A stretch of DNA of 64,000 nt from Deltaproteobacteria bacterium (GCA_016218805.1 JACRCW010000044.1:1-64000); one strand, 5' to 3'; counted from the first letter of the stretch, positions 1 through 12,685 are shown. Program-made: numbers and translations. The notes: generated by a model from the letters alone, not told the origin.

Positions 1-368
1 CCCCGGCCGGGACGCCAGCGGGACACCCGTGACGTCGCCATGCACCGGCACAGCCGGGGCGGCTGTGCCACACCACAACGGCACTTTGGGATCCTGTGGC
101 TGCCCCACCGGCAGGGACCACAACCATGGGCGATCACACCCTGGCTCCGCAGGCCACCACCGAACCTGCGGACCATGTGGTGGGCCTGTGGCCGTCCCCT
201 CCGTGACCGGCACCGCGCCTGCTTCCGATGTCACCCCGATTGATCCCACCGCCGACCAGGGCGCATTTGATTTGTGGCCGCCCGGTTGGATGCCCTGCCG
301 GCCGACCTGCACATCCCACCCCGCCCGGAGCCGGATGCCGCGGTGGCCAAGGCCAACAGGCTGTGGTG

Positions 369-830
369 TCAGCCCAGGCGGAGCAGCGGCCGCGCCGCCG
401 CGGACCATGGCCACGGAATGGCCAGGACCACCGCCACAAACGCCGCGGCGGTGAACCCCAGCAGCGTCTTGTGGGCGGCCGCCCCCTCCTTGCGCCGCGC
501 CAGCACCGTCCCCGCGTGTACCAGCAGCAGCACCACCAGCATCAGGAAGATGTGCTCCACGGCGAAGAACCGGAGCACCGGCTCCTTCATGGCCACCTTC
601 ATGTTGGACAGCGCCGTGCCTACCGTGGGGCTGAGCACCAGGTACAGCAGCAGGCCCAGCAGCACCTGCACATCCACGGAGATGGACAGCAGCAGCCCCG
701 CCCGCCGGTCCATGGGTCCAAAGGGCGTTCCGCGCGTCATGCCCACCACCGCGCGGAAGATGACCCACACGCCCAGGCCCAGCACCGCCCACCTCAGCCA
801 CGAATGCACCACCAGCACCACGTCCAGCAT
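369..830 (-). CDS. Small 4-TM membrane protein (hypothetical, cytochrome b-like family)
   Basis: Inside ORF 369..1175; ATG at 830 gives MLDVVLVVHSWLRW..., four hydrophobic segments, His in HSWLRW and VEH motifs, ends IPWPW. Confidence 0.7.
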   Translation of the reverse strand: MLDVVLVVHSWLRWAVLGLGVWVIFRAVVGMTRGTPFGPMDRRAGLLLSISVDVQVLLGLLLYLVLSPTVGTALSNMKVAMKEPVLRFFAVEHIFLMLVVLLLVHAGTVLARRKEGAAAHKTLLGFTAAAFVAVVLAIPWPWSAAARPLLRLG

Positions 831-1010
831 GCACGCTCCGGTCTGCCCCGAGGACGCCGGGCATCTACGGGTCCCGCTGTGACCGCGCAACCCGGACGCA
901 CCGCCCCGCCTTGCGGGAGGGTTGGCGAACACCTTGCGCGCCCGCCGGGGACGGCGCGCGGACCGCGTGATGGGGTCTCCCCGACGACACCAGGTTGAAC
1001 CGCGCCAGGT

Positions 1011-1026
1011 GGGCACGGCTCCTGCG
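1011..1026 (+). promoter_or_regulatory. Putative sigma54 (-24/-12) promoter
   Basis: GGGCACGGCTCCTGCG with exact GG-N10-GC spacing, about 105 nt upstream of the globin kinase start. Confidence 0.4.
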
Positions 1027-1131
1027 TGTGCCGGCAGATTTCTCCGCGGCATGGACGCCCCGGGGCCGGGACGATAAAGCGCGCTCAAAGCGCGGGGCCC
1101 GGGGACGGGCCGCCGCGGGAGGTGAGCGCGG

Positions 1132-2301
1132 TTGGAGCACATCTTGGACGAGCTCAAACGGTATGTCGCGTTCACCGCGGACGACGAAGCGGCACTGGCG
1201 GGATTGCGCGCGCGCGTGGTCCCGCACGTTCCGGCGATTGCCGACGAGTTCTACGCGCGCATCCTGGGGCACGAAGGCGCCCGCCAGTCCATCACGGGCG
1301 GCCTGGCCCAGGTGGAGCGCCTCAAGGGCACGCTGCGCACCTGGACCGAGCGCCTGTTCATCCCGCCGTACGACCAGGCCTACTACGAGCAGCGCGCGCG
1401 CATTGGCCGGGTGCACGTCGCCATTGGCCTGCCGCAGCAATACATGTTCACCGCCATGGACGTGATCCGCCTGCAGCTGACGGAGATTGTCCTGGAGACC
1501 GCGCCGGACCGCGCGCAGCGCTCCCGCGAGCTGGCTGCCGTCAACAAGATCCTGGACCTGGAGCTGGCCATCATGCTCCACACGTACAAGGAGGATTACC
1601 TCAAGCAGGCGCACCGCAATGAGCGCTTGGCCACGTTTGGCCAGCTGGTGGCCTCCATTGGCCATGAACTGCGCAACCCGCTGGGCGTGATGGAGTCCTC
1701 GCTGTACCTGGTGCGCTCGCGCGTGCCGCCGGAAGAAAAAGTCACCAAGCACCTGGACCGCATTGGTGAGCAGATCAAAGTCAGCAACCGCATCATCACC
1801 GACCTATTGGACATGGTGCGTGACCGGCCCGCCGAGCGGCAGCTCACCCGCCTGGACAAGGCGCTGGAGACGGCCGTGGAGCACGTCCCGTCCGTGCGCG
1901 CCACGTCCCTGCAGGTGGACCTGGCACCGGACGCCACGCTGCTGCTGGTGGACCCCGAACACGTCCGCCAGATCCTCACCAACCTGCTGCAGAACGCCGC
2001 CGAAGCCGCCGCCGGCGGCACCGTCCACGTCAGCGCCCGCTCCGACGGCACCACCGTGGTGGTGCGCGTGGAGGACAGCGGACCCGGTATTGACGGGACC
2101 ATTGCCGCCCGGCTGTTTGAGCCGTTGGTCACCACCAAGGCCCGCGGCGTGGGATTGGGTTTGGCTCTGTGTCGCAAACTTGCGGAGCGCAATGGCGGGA
2201 CGGTGGTGCGGGCCGCGCCGTCGGTATTGACGGGCGCCTGCTTTGAGGTACGACTGCCGACGGGAGCCGCCGTCGATGGCCAACATCCTCATCGTGGATG
2301 A
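1132..2301 (+). CDS. Globin-coupled sensor histidine kinase (protoglobin domain + HisKA + HATPase), AfGcHK-like
   Basis: N-terminal globin with EFY (TyrB10) and GRVH (proximal His); H-box GHELRNPL; N box NLLQNA; G boxes DSGPG and GVGLGL; GGGAGGTG RBS before the TTG start. Confidence 0.92.
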   Translation: MEHILDELKRYVAFTADDEAALAGLRARVVPHVPAIADEFYARILGHEGARQSITGGLAQVERLKGTLRTWTERLFIPPYDQAYYEQRARIGRVHVAIGLPQQYMFTAMDVIRLQLTEIVLETAPDRAQRSRELAAVNKILDLELAIMLHTYKEDYLKQAHRNERLATFGQLVASIGHELRNPLGVMESSLYLVRSRVPPEEKVTKHLDRIGEQIKVSNRIITDLLDMVRDRPAERQLTRLDKALETAVEHVPSVRATSLQVDLAPDATLLLVDPEHVRQILTNLLQNAAEAAAGGTVHVSARSDGTTVVVRVEDSGPGIDGTIAARLFEPLVTTKARGVGLGLALCRKLAERNGGTVVRAAPSVLTGACFEVRLPTGAAVDGQHPHRG

Positions 2302-2974
2302 CAACCGGGACCTTGCGGAGAACCTGGCGGAGCTGCTGGGGGATGCCGGGTTCCAGGCGCAGGTCTATGACGACCCGTGTGTGGCGGCGCGCGAGTTTGC
2401 CGCGGGGCGGTTCCACCTGGTGCTGCTGGACCTGCGGATGCCGGGCATGAACGGCGTGGAGCTGGCGCGGCGCATCCATGACGTGGACCCCGCGCTGCCG
2501 GCGCTGGCCATGACGGCGTGGGCGGCGGATGCGTTCCAGGATGCGGCGGTGGCGGCCGGCGTGCACGCGGTGGTGCACAAGCCGGTGCCGGTGGAGGAAC
2601 TGCTGCGCCTGGTGCACACGCTGGTGGCCGGGCCGCAGGGGCTGGTGGTCAGCGCGGACGCCGCCCAGGCGCGGGAGTTGGTGCACGTGCTGCTGCGCCA
2701 CGGCGTGGCGGCGCGCGCGGCGCGCAGCGCGGACGAGGCCCGCGCCATGGTGCGCGACCGCCGCGCGAGCGTGCTGGTGGTGGACGGGGAGCTGCCGGAT
2801 GGCCACGGGCAGGACCTGCTGGAGGAGTTGTGCGGCGGCGGCCGGCACTGCCGCTGCTTCCTGGTGGCCGGGGACGCTCCGGCGCGGCTGCCGGGCTGCC
2901 ATGACGTCATTCACGTGCTGGGGCGGCCCGGCGCCGTGCCCGCGCTGCTCAGCGCGCTGGGCCAGGATGCCTGA
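2276..2974 (+). CDS. Response regulator with two receiver domains (second degenerate)
   Basis: MANILIVDD...LLDLRMP...MTA...HKP intact receiver, then a second receiver-like domain (VVDGELPDG) lacking the acidic pair and Lys. Confidence 0.88.
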   Translation: MANILIVDDNRDLAENLAELLGDAGFQAQVYDDPCVAAREFAAGRFHLVLLDLRMPGMNGVELARRIHDVDPALPALAMTAWAADAFQDAAVAAGVHAVVHKPVPVEELLRLVHTLVAGPQGLVVSADAAQARELVHVLLRHGVAARAARSADEARAMVRDRRASVLVVDGELPDGHGQDLLEELCGGGRHCRCFLVAGDAPARLPGCHDVIHVLGRPGAVPALLSALGQDA

Positions 2975-2977
2975 GCC

Positions 2978-4420
2978 ATGAAGGTGCTGCTGGTGGAGGA
3001 CAATGAGGCCCTGGCCGAAAACTTCCGCGAGGTGCTGGAAGACCACGGCCACCAGGTGGCCTGGGCACCGGACCGCGCCGCCGCGCGCGAGCTGGCCCCG
3101 CAGGGGTTTGACGTGGCCATGGTGGACGTGCGCCTGCCGGACGGGCCGGGAACCGCGCTGCTGCCCATCCTCAAGTCCGCCAGCCCGGAAGCCGAGGTCA
3201 TTGTCACCAGCGGCAATGCGGACGTGGAAAGCGCCATTGCCGCGGTGCAGGCCGGCGCGTTCAGCTACCTCATCAAGCCCGTGGCGCCCCAGGAACTGCT
3301 GGTCACCTTTGAGCGGCTGGCGGAGCGCGTGCACCTGCGCCGGCGCGCGGCCGCACTGCAGGAAGAACTGGCGCGCAGTGAACAGCGCTACCGCGCCATT
3401 GTGGAGACCGCGCAGGTATTCGTGGTCGCGGTGGACCGGGAGCTCACCGTGCGGTTTGTGAACGCCGCGTTTGAGTCCGCGGTGGGCTACCCGCGGGATG
3501 CCCTGGTGGGCCGGTCGTGGCCGGAGACGTTCATTGCCCTGGATGAGCGCGAGGAGCGCAGCGCATGGATCCGCAGCGCGTTCCTCAGCCCCACCAATGA
3601 GCGGCAGGTCACGCTGTTGCGCCGGGACGGGACGCCCTGCGTCATCCGCATCCGCTGGACGGCGCCCAAGGAGGGCGAGGGCGACGTGGTGTACGGCGTG
3701 GCGCTGGACGTCACCCGGCAGGTCCAGTTGGAGCGCGAGCGCCGCACGCAGGAAAAGCTGGCGGCGGTGGGCACGCTCACCGCCGGGCTGGCGCATGAGA
3801 TCCGCAACCCGCTCAACGCCGCGCTGCTGCAGCTCACCCTGGCGGAGCGCCGCATCCACAAGCTCCCCGGCCATGAGCGCGAACCGTTGCTGACGCCCAT
3901 GGACATGATCCGCGCGGAACTGGGACGGCTGTCCCGCCTGCTGGGGGACTTCCTGGCGTTTGCCCGCCCGCGGGATTTTGCGCGTGAGCGCGTGGACCTC
4001 TCCAACCTGGTGCGCGGCGTGGTGGGGATGCACATGGCCGTGGCCGCCCAGTCCGGCCGCACGCTGCGGGAGGACGTCACCGACGGGGTGAGCACGCAGG
4101 GGGACGCGGACGCGCTCAAGGGCGCGGTGGTCAACCTGGTGAAGAATGCGCTGGAGGCCTCGCGCACGGACGTGGTGGTCACGCTGCGGCGCCCGCGTGA
4201 CGGCCAGGTGGAACTCATCATCCGGGACGATGGGCCCGGCATCCCCTCCGAGCTGGCGGCGCGCATCTTTGAACCCTTCTTCACCACCAAGGAGGGCGGC
4301 ACCGGGCTGGGGCTGGCCATTGTCTACGCCACGGTCACCGGCCACGGCGGCGAGGTTTCGCTCACCCCCGTGCAGGGCGGCGGCACCGTGGCCCAGGTGG
4401 TCCTCCCCGTGGGTCCCTGA
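2978..4420 (+). CDS. Hybrid REC-PAS sensor histidine kinase
   Basis: MKVLLVEDN receiver, PAS (FVNAAFE...DVT), H-box AHEIRNPL, NLVKNA, DDGPG, FEPFFTTK, GTGLGL. Confidence 0.92.
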   Translation: MKVLLVEDNEALAENFREVLEDHGHQVAWAPDRAAARELAPQGFDVAMVDVRLPDGPGTALLPILKSASPEAEVIVTSGNADVESAIAAVQAGAFSYLIKPVAPQELLVTFERLAERVHLRRRAAALQEELARSEQRYRAIVETAQVFVVAVDRELTVRFVNAAFESAVGYPRDALVGRSWPETFIALDEREERSAWIRSAFLSPTNERQVTLLRRDGTPCVIRIRWTAPKEGEGDVVYGVALDVTRQVQLERERRTQEKLAAVGTLTAGLAHEIRNPLNAALLQLTLAERRIHKLPGHEREPLLTPMDMIRAELGRLSRLLGDFLAFARPRDFARERVDLSNLVRGVVGMHMAVAAQSGRTLREDVTDGVSTQGDADALKGAVVNLVKNALEASRTDVVVTLRRPRDGQVELIIRDDGPGIPSELAARIFEPFFTTKEGGTGLGLAIVYATVTGHGGEVSLTPVQGGGTVAQVVLPVGP

Positions 4421-4423
4421 CCG

Positions 4424-5080
4424 TCAACGCGCCGGGCTGCCGTCCCAGCGCGCCTCCCGCAGCACGCCCCCCGGGCCGTGCAGGTGGCACAGCGGGCAGT
4501 ACCCGTTCCGCCGCAGGTCCGCCCACGCCACAATGTCCCCTTCTGACATGCCCATCACGCAACCCGGCACGCTGCAGTGCCGCAGCCCCAGCGTGTGCCC
4601 CACCTCGTGCAGCGCCAGGTCCGCCAGCCGCCGCGCCGCGCCTTCCTCAGACGCGCTGCGCTCCAGCAGACGCGCCAGGCTCACCACGCACGCGCGCCCG
4701 CGCACCTGCCCGCTCCCTACCATCAGCTCCGGCCCCTCCCACGCATGGCGCATCAGCGGCGCCTGGGTCAGCACCACCACCTTCCACGCGTCGGGCGGCG
4801 CCAGGGATTCGCCCAGCGCGGTCAACGCGTCCGCGTCCGCGCGCTCCAGCTCCTCCACCCACGCCTCCTCCGGGATCTCCGCGCCCTCCGCCACCACCAC
4901 GCGCGCGTCCAAGCGCCCCGCCAGCGCCTCCTGGACGGCGTCCGCGTACTCCCACGGCACCTCCCCCACGGGGATGATCACCACCAGCGGGTCCGCCGGC
5001 GGCAGCCGCGCGGTCACCTGCGCCCCCAGGCTCAACAATCCCGCCACGTTGGCCAACGTCCACAGCGCAGTGCGCATCAT
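4424..5080 (-). CDS. Archaemetzincin-family Zn metalloprotease, probably exported
   Basis: HEVGHTLGLRHC-x4-C-x-M ... CPLC motif; hydrophobic N-terminus from ATG 5080/5077. Confidence 0.82.
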   Translation of the reverse strand: MMRTALWTLANVAGLLSLGAQVTARLPPADPLVVIIPVGEVPWEYADAVQEALAGRLDARVVVAEGAEIPEEAWVEELERADADALTALGESLAPPDAWKVVVLTQAPLMRHAWEGPELMVGSGQVRGRACVVSLARLLERSASEEGAARRLADLALHEVGHTLGLRHCSVPGCVMGMSEGDIVAWADLRRNGYCPLCHLHGPGGVLREARWDGSPAR

Positions 5081-5120
5081 CCCGGTGTGACACCGCGCCG
5101 CGGGAGAAGTTCCGCCGCGG

Positions 5121-7205
5121 TCAGCGGACCACCTGCGGCAGCTGCCCCTGTTCCACGCGGTAGCGGTACCCCGCCTGCACTTCAAAGCGCTGCGTGGTGA
5201 GCGCGCGGTCCGGCCAGCGCACCGTGACGTCGGCGCGGCACGCGGCGCCCAGGCCAAAATGCAGCACCGCATCATGCTGCATGCCGTAGTGCCCGTGCCC
5301 GCCCTCCACCTCCTGCACCTGGGACTGGTCCGCGGTGGCCACGGTCACGCGCGCGCCCACCGCCATGCGGTTGCTGCCCGTCCCGCCCACCAATGCCAGC
5401 TGCACCCAGTTGCCGTCCTGCCCCAGCACGTTCTCAAACAACCGCGCGTTCGCCGTGGGGTAGCAGTGGTCCGCGCCCGTGCAGCGGTTGCGGGAATGGC
5501 CCACCACAACGTCAAGATCACCGTCGCGGTCAAAGTCCGCCACCGCAATGCCGTGGCTGCTGCGGTGGTCAATGCCCTGCTCCAGGGGCACCGCGGCGAA
5601 CACGTGGTCCGGCTGCTGCCAGTACAACCACCCGCGCGTGCCGTCGTAGTCCGCCGAGCCGAGGTAGATGTCCGGCCGCCCGTCGTTGTCGAAGTCGAAC
5701 ACGGCCGCCGTCATGTCGCCTTCGTCAAAGAACGGCGAGGGCTGCGGGCGCGTGAGCCCCGTCGCCTCGCGGCCCGGGCGGTCAAACACCACATCGGATG
5801 CGCCGTTGTTGAAAAGCAGCTCGCTGGGGTCAGACGACTGGCCCACGTCCCAGTGCTTGATCTCGGTGGTGAGCAGGTCCAGGTCGCCGTCATTGTCCAC
5901 GTCCACGCAGACGGTGGTGCCGCTGTTGCCGCCCAGCCGGTACGCCTCGCGGTCGGTAGCGTGGTTCCAGCGGAAGGCGTCCGCGTCGGTGGTGCAGGTG
6001 ATGTGCGCGGGCAATGGCACGCCGGCGCAGTCCGCATCCGAGCGGTGGAGCTTGCACCAGCAGCGCGCGCTCTCATTGTCCGTCCAGTCCGTGCGCGCAT
6101 CCAAGGCGTAGCCGCTGGCCACGGAGCGGTTGAGGAAGGTGAGCTGGTTGTCCCCGTACGGGATGCCCTGCCACAGGTGGTTGGGCGCGCGCCCGTACGA
6201 GGCGGCCAGCAGCTCGGGGGTGCCGTCATTGTTGAGGTCACAGGCGGCGGCGCTCCACGCGTTGCTGTGGGACTTGCCGCCGTTGAGGTTGGCCAGCGTG
6301 GCCCAGGGGCGCGTGGTGAGGCCGTACTCGCTGGTCACGTTGGTGAACACAGCGCCGGGACCGCCGCGGAACAACTCATCCTGCTGGGGTTCGTAATTCA
6401 CTGAGTTGTCCGTTACCCACAGGTCCAACACGCCGTCCCGGTCCACGTCCGTAAACGCCGCGCCCGCGCGCGCCACCGCTTGTGCCGCGCGGCGCAGCGG
6501 GGAGTCCACCGGCCCCAGCGCAAAGGTCCCGTCACCATTGTTGAGCATCAGCTCCGCGGATTCGGGCTGCGTGGCGGGATTGGGCACCGTGATGCCGGTG
6601 AACACGTCCAGGTCACCGTCGTTGTCCACGTCACCAAACGCGGCCACTTCCGCGGGGCGGCCCCGCCCGCCGTCCGCGCCGGCGGTGCGCGCGGCGGCAA
6701 TGCCGCTTTGCCGCGTCACATCCTCAAAGTGCGTGCCGGAGCCGTTGTGCAGCAGCCAGGTTCCGCGCACGCCGCCGTCCGTGGCGTAGTTGTCTGCGGT
6801 GCCGCCGCGGCGCACAAACAGGTCCGCCCACCCATCACCGTCAACGTCCGCCGCGTTGATGCGGGTGCCTTCCACCGCCAGCGCGTCCAGTCCCCAGCTT
6901 GCCGTGGCCTCACGGAATGCGGTGGTGCCGGCGGCCCAGGCCGTGCCGGGGGCGCACAGCTCCGGCAGCGCCTCCACGCAGCTGGCCGCCAGGCGGTCAC
7001 AGCGGCCGCCGTCCGTGCAGGTGCCCGCTCCGCAGTGGCAGCTGCCATCCGCACCGCATTCCATGTTGAACGCACAGCCCAGCGTGGTGCAGTCCGCGGG
7101 ACGGCCCGCGTCGCGGTTGGCGTCGTCGTCGTCGTTCGTGGGGCCGCAGGCCAGCAGCAGGAGGAGCGCGGCGGGCGCGCAGACGCGGACGGCGGGGGAG
7201 CGCAT
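5121..7205 (-). CDS. FG-GAP/VCBS repeat lipoprotein with C-terminal ASPIC/UnbV domain (CRTAC1-like)
   Basis: Lipobox LLLAC, EGF-like Cys segment, repeated DxDxDGxxD motifs, C-terminal SNRMAVGARV...HFGLG...VRWP. Confidence 0.85.
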   Translation of the reverse strand: MRSPAVRVCAPAALLLLLACGPTNDDDDANRDAGRPADCTTLGCAFNMECGADGSCHCGAGTCTDGGRCDRLAASCVEALPELCAPGTAWAAGTTAFREATASWGLDALAVEGTRINAADVDGDGWADLFVRRGGTADNYATDGGVRGTWLLHNGSGTHFEDVTRQSGIAAARTAGADGGRGRPAEVAAFGDVDNDGDLDVFTGITVPNPATQPESAELMLNNGDGTFALGPVDSPLRRAAQAVARAGAAFTDVDRDGVLDLWVTDNSVNYEPQQDELFRGGPGAVFTNVTSEYGLTTRPWATLANLNGGKSHSNAWSAAACDLNNDGTPELLAASYGRAPNHLWQGIPYGDNQLTFLNRSVASGYALDARTDWTDNESARCWCKLHRSDADCAGVPLPAHITCTTDADAFRWNHATDREAYRLGGNSGTTVCVDVDNDGDLDLLTTEIKHWDVGQSSDPSELLFNNGASDVVFDRPGREATGLTRPQPSPFFDEGDMTAAVFDFDNDGRPDIYLGSADYDGTRGWLYWQQPDHVFAAVPLEQGIDHRSSHGIAVADFDRDGDLDVVVGHSRNRCTGADHCYPTANARLFENVLGQDGNWVQLALVGGTGSNRMAVGARVTVATADQSQVQEVEGGHGHYGMQHDAVLHFGLGAACRADVTVRWPDRALTTQRFEVQAGYRYRVEQGQLPQVVR

Positions 7206-7252
7206 GGCCGCGCATTCCACCGGCCGCCTCGTCAGGCGTCAAGGGTGTTGTG

Positions 7253-8998
7253 TCAGGGAGCGCGGGACGGCGCCGGGTGCTGGGGGGGCGTGTTCCCCTG
7301 CATGGGACGGAGCGGCAGCGGCGGCATGCCAGGCGGCAGGCGCGCGTCCATCAGGCGCTTGCCCAGGTTGTCCAGGTCCGCCTGCGGCAACACGCGCGCG
7401 GGCGCCTGCACCGGGGCCACCTGCGCCATGTCCGGCGCCGGCGCGGGCAGCGCGGCCAGCGCGGAAAGGCCGGCGCCCACGCGTACCTGTGACAGCACCT
7501 GGTTCACGCTGGGCGCCATGCGCGTGAGGAACCAGCCCGGAAATACGCCCATGACAATGACCAGCGCAACAAGCGGCGCGTACAGCACGCGCTCGCGCAC
7601 GTTGAGGTCCTCAATGTCCTGGTTGGCCGGATTGCGCAGCGGGCCAAAGAACACGCGCTTCACCATCCACAGCAGGTAGATGGCCGCCAGGATCACGCCG
7701 GAGGCCGCCAGCGTGGCAAACCACACGCCCCCGTTGGCCCCGACGTACGTCTTGGCAAAGGCGTCGGAAGTGAAGGTGCCCATCAGGATCAGGAACTCGC
7801 CGATAAAGCCGTTGAGCCCGGGCAGCCCGATGCTGGACAGCGTGATGATGAGGAAGACGATGGTGTACAGCGGGACCTTCGCGGCGATGCCGCCGTACTC
7901 GGAGATCTCACGGGTGTGGCGGCGCTCGTAAAGGGTGCCAACCAGGAGGAACAGCGCGCCCGTGGAGACGCCGTGGTTGAGCCCCTGGTAGACGCTCCCC
8001 AACACCGCCTTCTCATCCATGCAGGCCAGGCCCAGCATGCAGAAGCCCAGGTGGCTGATGGAGCTGTACGCCACCAGGCTCTTGATGTCCTTCTGCACCA
8101 TGGACAGCAGCGCGCCGTAGATGACGCCCACAACCGCCAGCATGGCGAGGCCCGGCGCAAACTTCAGCGCCGCCTCCGGAAACAGCGGCATGGCGAAGCG
8201 GATGAAGCCGTAGGTCCCCATCTTCAACAGCACGCCGGCCAGCACCACGGAGCCGGCGGTGGGCGCCTGCACGTGCGCCAACGGCAGCCAGGTGTGGAAG
8301 GGCACCATGGGCACCTTGATGGCAAACGCCAGCGCAAACGCGCCAAACAGCCACAACCCGTACTTGCGCACCATGGGGTTGCCCGGCACCACGCGCGTCC
8401 ATTCCACCAGGTCAAAACTCTTGGCGCCCGTGACCTGCCAGATCCAGATGATGGCCACCAGCATCAGCAGCGAGCCGACCAGCGTGTAGATGAAGAACTT
8501 GATGGCCGCCTTCACCCGCAGGTCGTAACCCCAGATGCCGATGAGGAAGTACATCGGGATGAGCATGGCCTCCCAGAAGAAGTAGAACAGCAGCACGTCC
8601 AGCGCGACCAGCGCGCCCAACATGGCCGTCTCCAGGAACAGCACCAGGATGACAAACTCGCGCACGCGCACCTGGATGCTGGTGAAGCTGCCCAGCAGCG
8701 CAACGGGCGTGATGAACGTGGTCAGCAACACCAGGAACAGCGAGATACCGTCAATCCCCAGGTGGTAGCTGGCGCCAATGGAGGGAATCCACACCTCCTT
8801 CTGCACAAACTGGTAGCCCGCTTCCGACTTGAAGGTCGGGATGAGCATCAGGCTCACCGCAAACACGGCCAGCGAGATGGTCAGGCCCGCCGCCTTGGTG
8901 GCGCCCTTCTCGCGGTCCGGGAAGTAGAACAGACCCAGCGCGCCCAGCGCGGGAGCAAAGACGAGCAGCGTGAGCAGGTGGCCCATGATGTAGTCCAT
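7253..8998 (-). CDS. nuoM: NADH-quinone oxidoreductase subunit M, with Pro-rich C-terminal extension
   Basis: GIDGISL, FFWEAMLIPMY, KVPMVPFHTWLPLAHVQAPT, LLKMGTYG, AYSSISH; GGAGGA RBS before ATG 8998. Confidence 0.93.
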   Translation of the reverse strand: MDYIMGHLLTLLVFAPALGALGLFYFPDREKGATKAAGLTISLAVFAVSLMLIPTFKSEAGYQFVQKEVWIPSIGASYHLGIDGISLFLVLLTTFITPVALLGSFTSIQVRVREFVILVLFLETAMLGALVALDVLLFYFFWEAMLIPMYFLIGIWGYDLRVKAAIKFFIYTLVGSLLMLVAIIWIWQVTGAKSFDLVEWTRVVPGNPMVRKYGLWLFGAFALAFAIKVPMVPFHTWLPLAHVQAPTAGSVVLAGVLLKMGTYGFIRFAMPLFPEAALKFAPGLAMLAVVGVIYGALLSMVQKDIKSLVAYSSISHLGFCMLGLACMDEKAVLGSVYQGLNHGVSTGALFLLVGTLYERRHTREISEYGGIAAKVPLYTIVFLIITLSSIGLPGLNGFIGEFLILMGTFTSDAFAKTYVGANGGVWFATLAASGVILAAIYLLWMVKRVFFGPLRNPANQDIEDLNVRERVLYAPLVALVIVMGVFPGWFLTRMAPSVNQVLSQVRVGAGLSALAALPAPAPDMAQVAPVQAPARVLPQADLDNLGKRLMDARLPPGMPPLPLRPMQGNTPPQHPAPSRAP

Positions 8999-9008
8999 GT
9001 GTTCCTCC

Positions 9009-11099
<2,091 letters not shown>

Positions 11100-11241
11100 G
11101 GGCACGCCACCGCCCGGCGACGGGAGAACCCGTGGCCGGGAGTGAAGGGGTGCGCCTCCCTAGCACAGCCCTCCCGGAAGCAAACAGCGTCGGCCGGTGC
11201 GCAAGTTTCGCCCACGCCTGCGACGTGGGTAGGGCCGCGTT

Positions 11242-11823
11242 TCAGGCGGCCGGGAGGTCATCCACGCCGGCGTAGACCTCTGCCAGCGGGAGGTCCACGC
11301 CCAGCGGGGTGAGCCGCACGGTTCCCTCACCCGTGGCCTCCGTGAGCGTCCAACTGCTGTCAGGGTTGCGGGCAAAGACCTCCACCCGTTTCTCCTGGGA
11401 GGCGACCAGCACGTAGGCCTGGAGTGATTCGCGGCGGCGGTAGTGCGTGGCCTTGGCGCCGCGGTCGTAACGCTCGCTGCTCTCGCTGAGGACTTCAAAG
11501 ACGACGGTGGGATTGAGCAGGGACGGGGGCCGTTCGGTGGACGTCCGGGGCTTGCCGCAGAAGACGGAGAGATCCGGGTAGGCGTACATGCCGGTCTCGT
11601 CGATGCGGACCCGGTGGTCTGAGGTGAGCACGCGGCAGGGTCCGCCCCGCAGGTGCCCCACAAGGGTGGCGGTGAGATTGGCCTGGACCAGGGCATGTGC
11701 GGTGGATACGCCGGACATGGCGATGATCTCGCCGTTCACGAACTCGCGTTTCTCGGGGCTATCGGCCTCAGTGGCGAGGTATTCAGCCAGGGTCATGCGT
11801 GTGGTGGTAGTGGTGGCAACCAT
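11242..11823 (-). CDS. Uma2-family (DUF820) endonuclease-like protein
   Basis: EFVNGEIIAMSG, YPD, VFEVLSESSERYDRGAKATHY, YVLV. Confidence 0.9.
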   Translation of the reverse strand: MVATTTTTRMTLAEYLATEADSPEKREFVNGEIIAMSGVSTAHALVQANLTATLVGHLRGGPCRVLTSDHRVRIDETGMYAYPDLSVFCGKPRTSTERPPSLLNPTVVFEVLSESSERYDRGAKATHYRRRESLQAYVLVASQEKRVEVFARNPDSSWTLTEATGEGTVRLTPLGVDLPLAEVYAGVDDLPAA

Positions 11824-11947
11824 GGAGGCCAGCTTGCCACGCCGCGCAGCGGAAGCCCATGCTTCACGGTGTCAAAACGCCAGCGCCGGTCGTGTCCCAC
11901 GCCATGACGACGATGGTGCACCGGTGCCGCGCCCCGGGCCAAGCCCG

Positions 11948-12685
11948 TCAAACCAGCCACAGGCTCAGCAGCCCGGCCGCGTAGAGCGCCGCGCCGGTTG
12001 GGACGTGGGGGAGGCGCGTCTCCACGGCGTGCAGCAGTGACAGCCCTACGTACGCAGTGATCACATACGGAACAAAGACTTCCCACGTCGTAAAGTGCAG
12101 CAGGTCCGGTGCGTGGTAGTGAAAGAACCACGTTCCAAACCCGCCCAGCGCAAACGCATTGGCCGCCACCTCCAGCAGCATGGCATCCACGCCGACGAGG
12201 ACGGCCTTGGCCCAGCGGGGGCGCAGGAACACGAGCCGCGGATTCCCATCAATGGCCTGGTGCAATCCGTAGAGGAAGAACCCGTACATGGGCCACATCA
12301 GCGTGCCCACGCCGGAGGTGAACCCGTGATGAACGGGCCAGGTCTCATACGTCCAGCAGGGCCGCCCGATGACGGCGACAAACAGCGAATCCGCGCCGAT
12401 CTCCGCCCACAACGCACAGAAGAACGTGACGCCCATGTACAGGACCAGCTTGGGCGGTTGGATGCGGAGGCGCTGGCCCAGCAGGGCGCTGTTGAACAGA
12501 TACAGCAGCGGCAGGAAGAACACGGCAAACGCGATCATGAACGCAGGTAGCCCTGCGGGCACCAGCGGATGGATGCCTTCCGGCCGCACCTGCAGCACGG
12601 CCCACCACAGCACCCGCGTGACGGCAAAAGCCGCCGCGTACACGGCCGCCAGCGCCAGGGCCCAGCGCGCGGCGCGCGCGGTCAT
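11948..12685 (-). CDS. Hypothetical polytopic membrane protein
   Basis: 245 aa, six to seven hydrophobic aromatic-rich segments; ATGA overlap with the upstream gene. Confidence 0.75.
   Translation of the reverse strand: MTARAARWALALAAVYAAAFAVTRVLWWAVLQVRPEGIHPLVPAGLPAFMIAFAVFFLPLLYLFNSALLGQRLRIQPPKLVLYMGVTFFCALWAEIGADSLFVAVIGRPCWTYETWPVHHGFTSGVGTLMWPMYGFFLYGLHQAIDGNPRLVFLRPRWAKAVLVGVDAMLLEVAANAFALGGFGTWFFHYHAPDLLHFTTWEVFVPYVITAYVGLSLLHAVETRLPHVPTGAALYAAGLLSLWLV

Noticed and set aside
1..368. Short ORFs at the window start
   Set aside because: No coding-like composition or motifs; may be the upstream region of a gene outside the window
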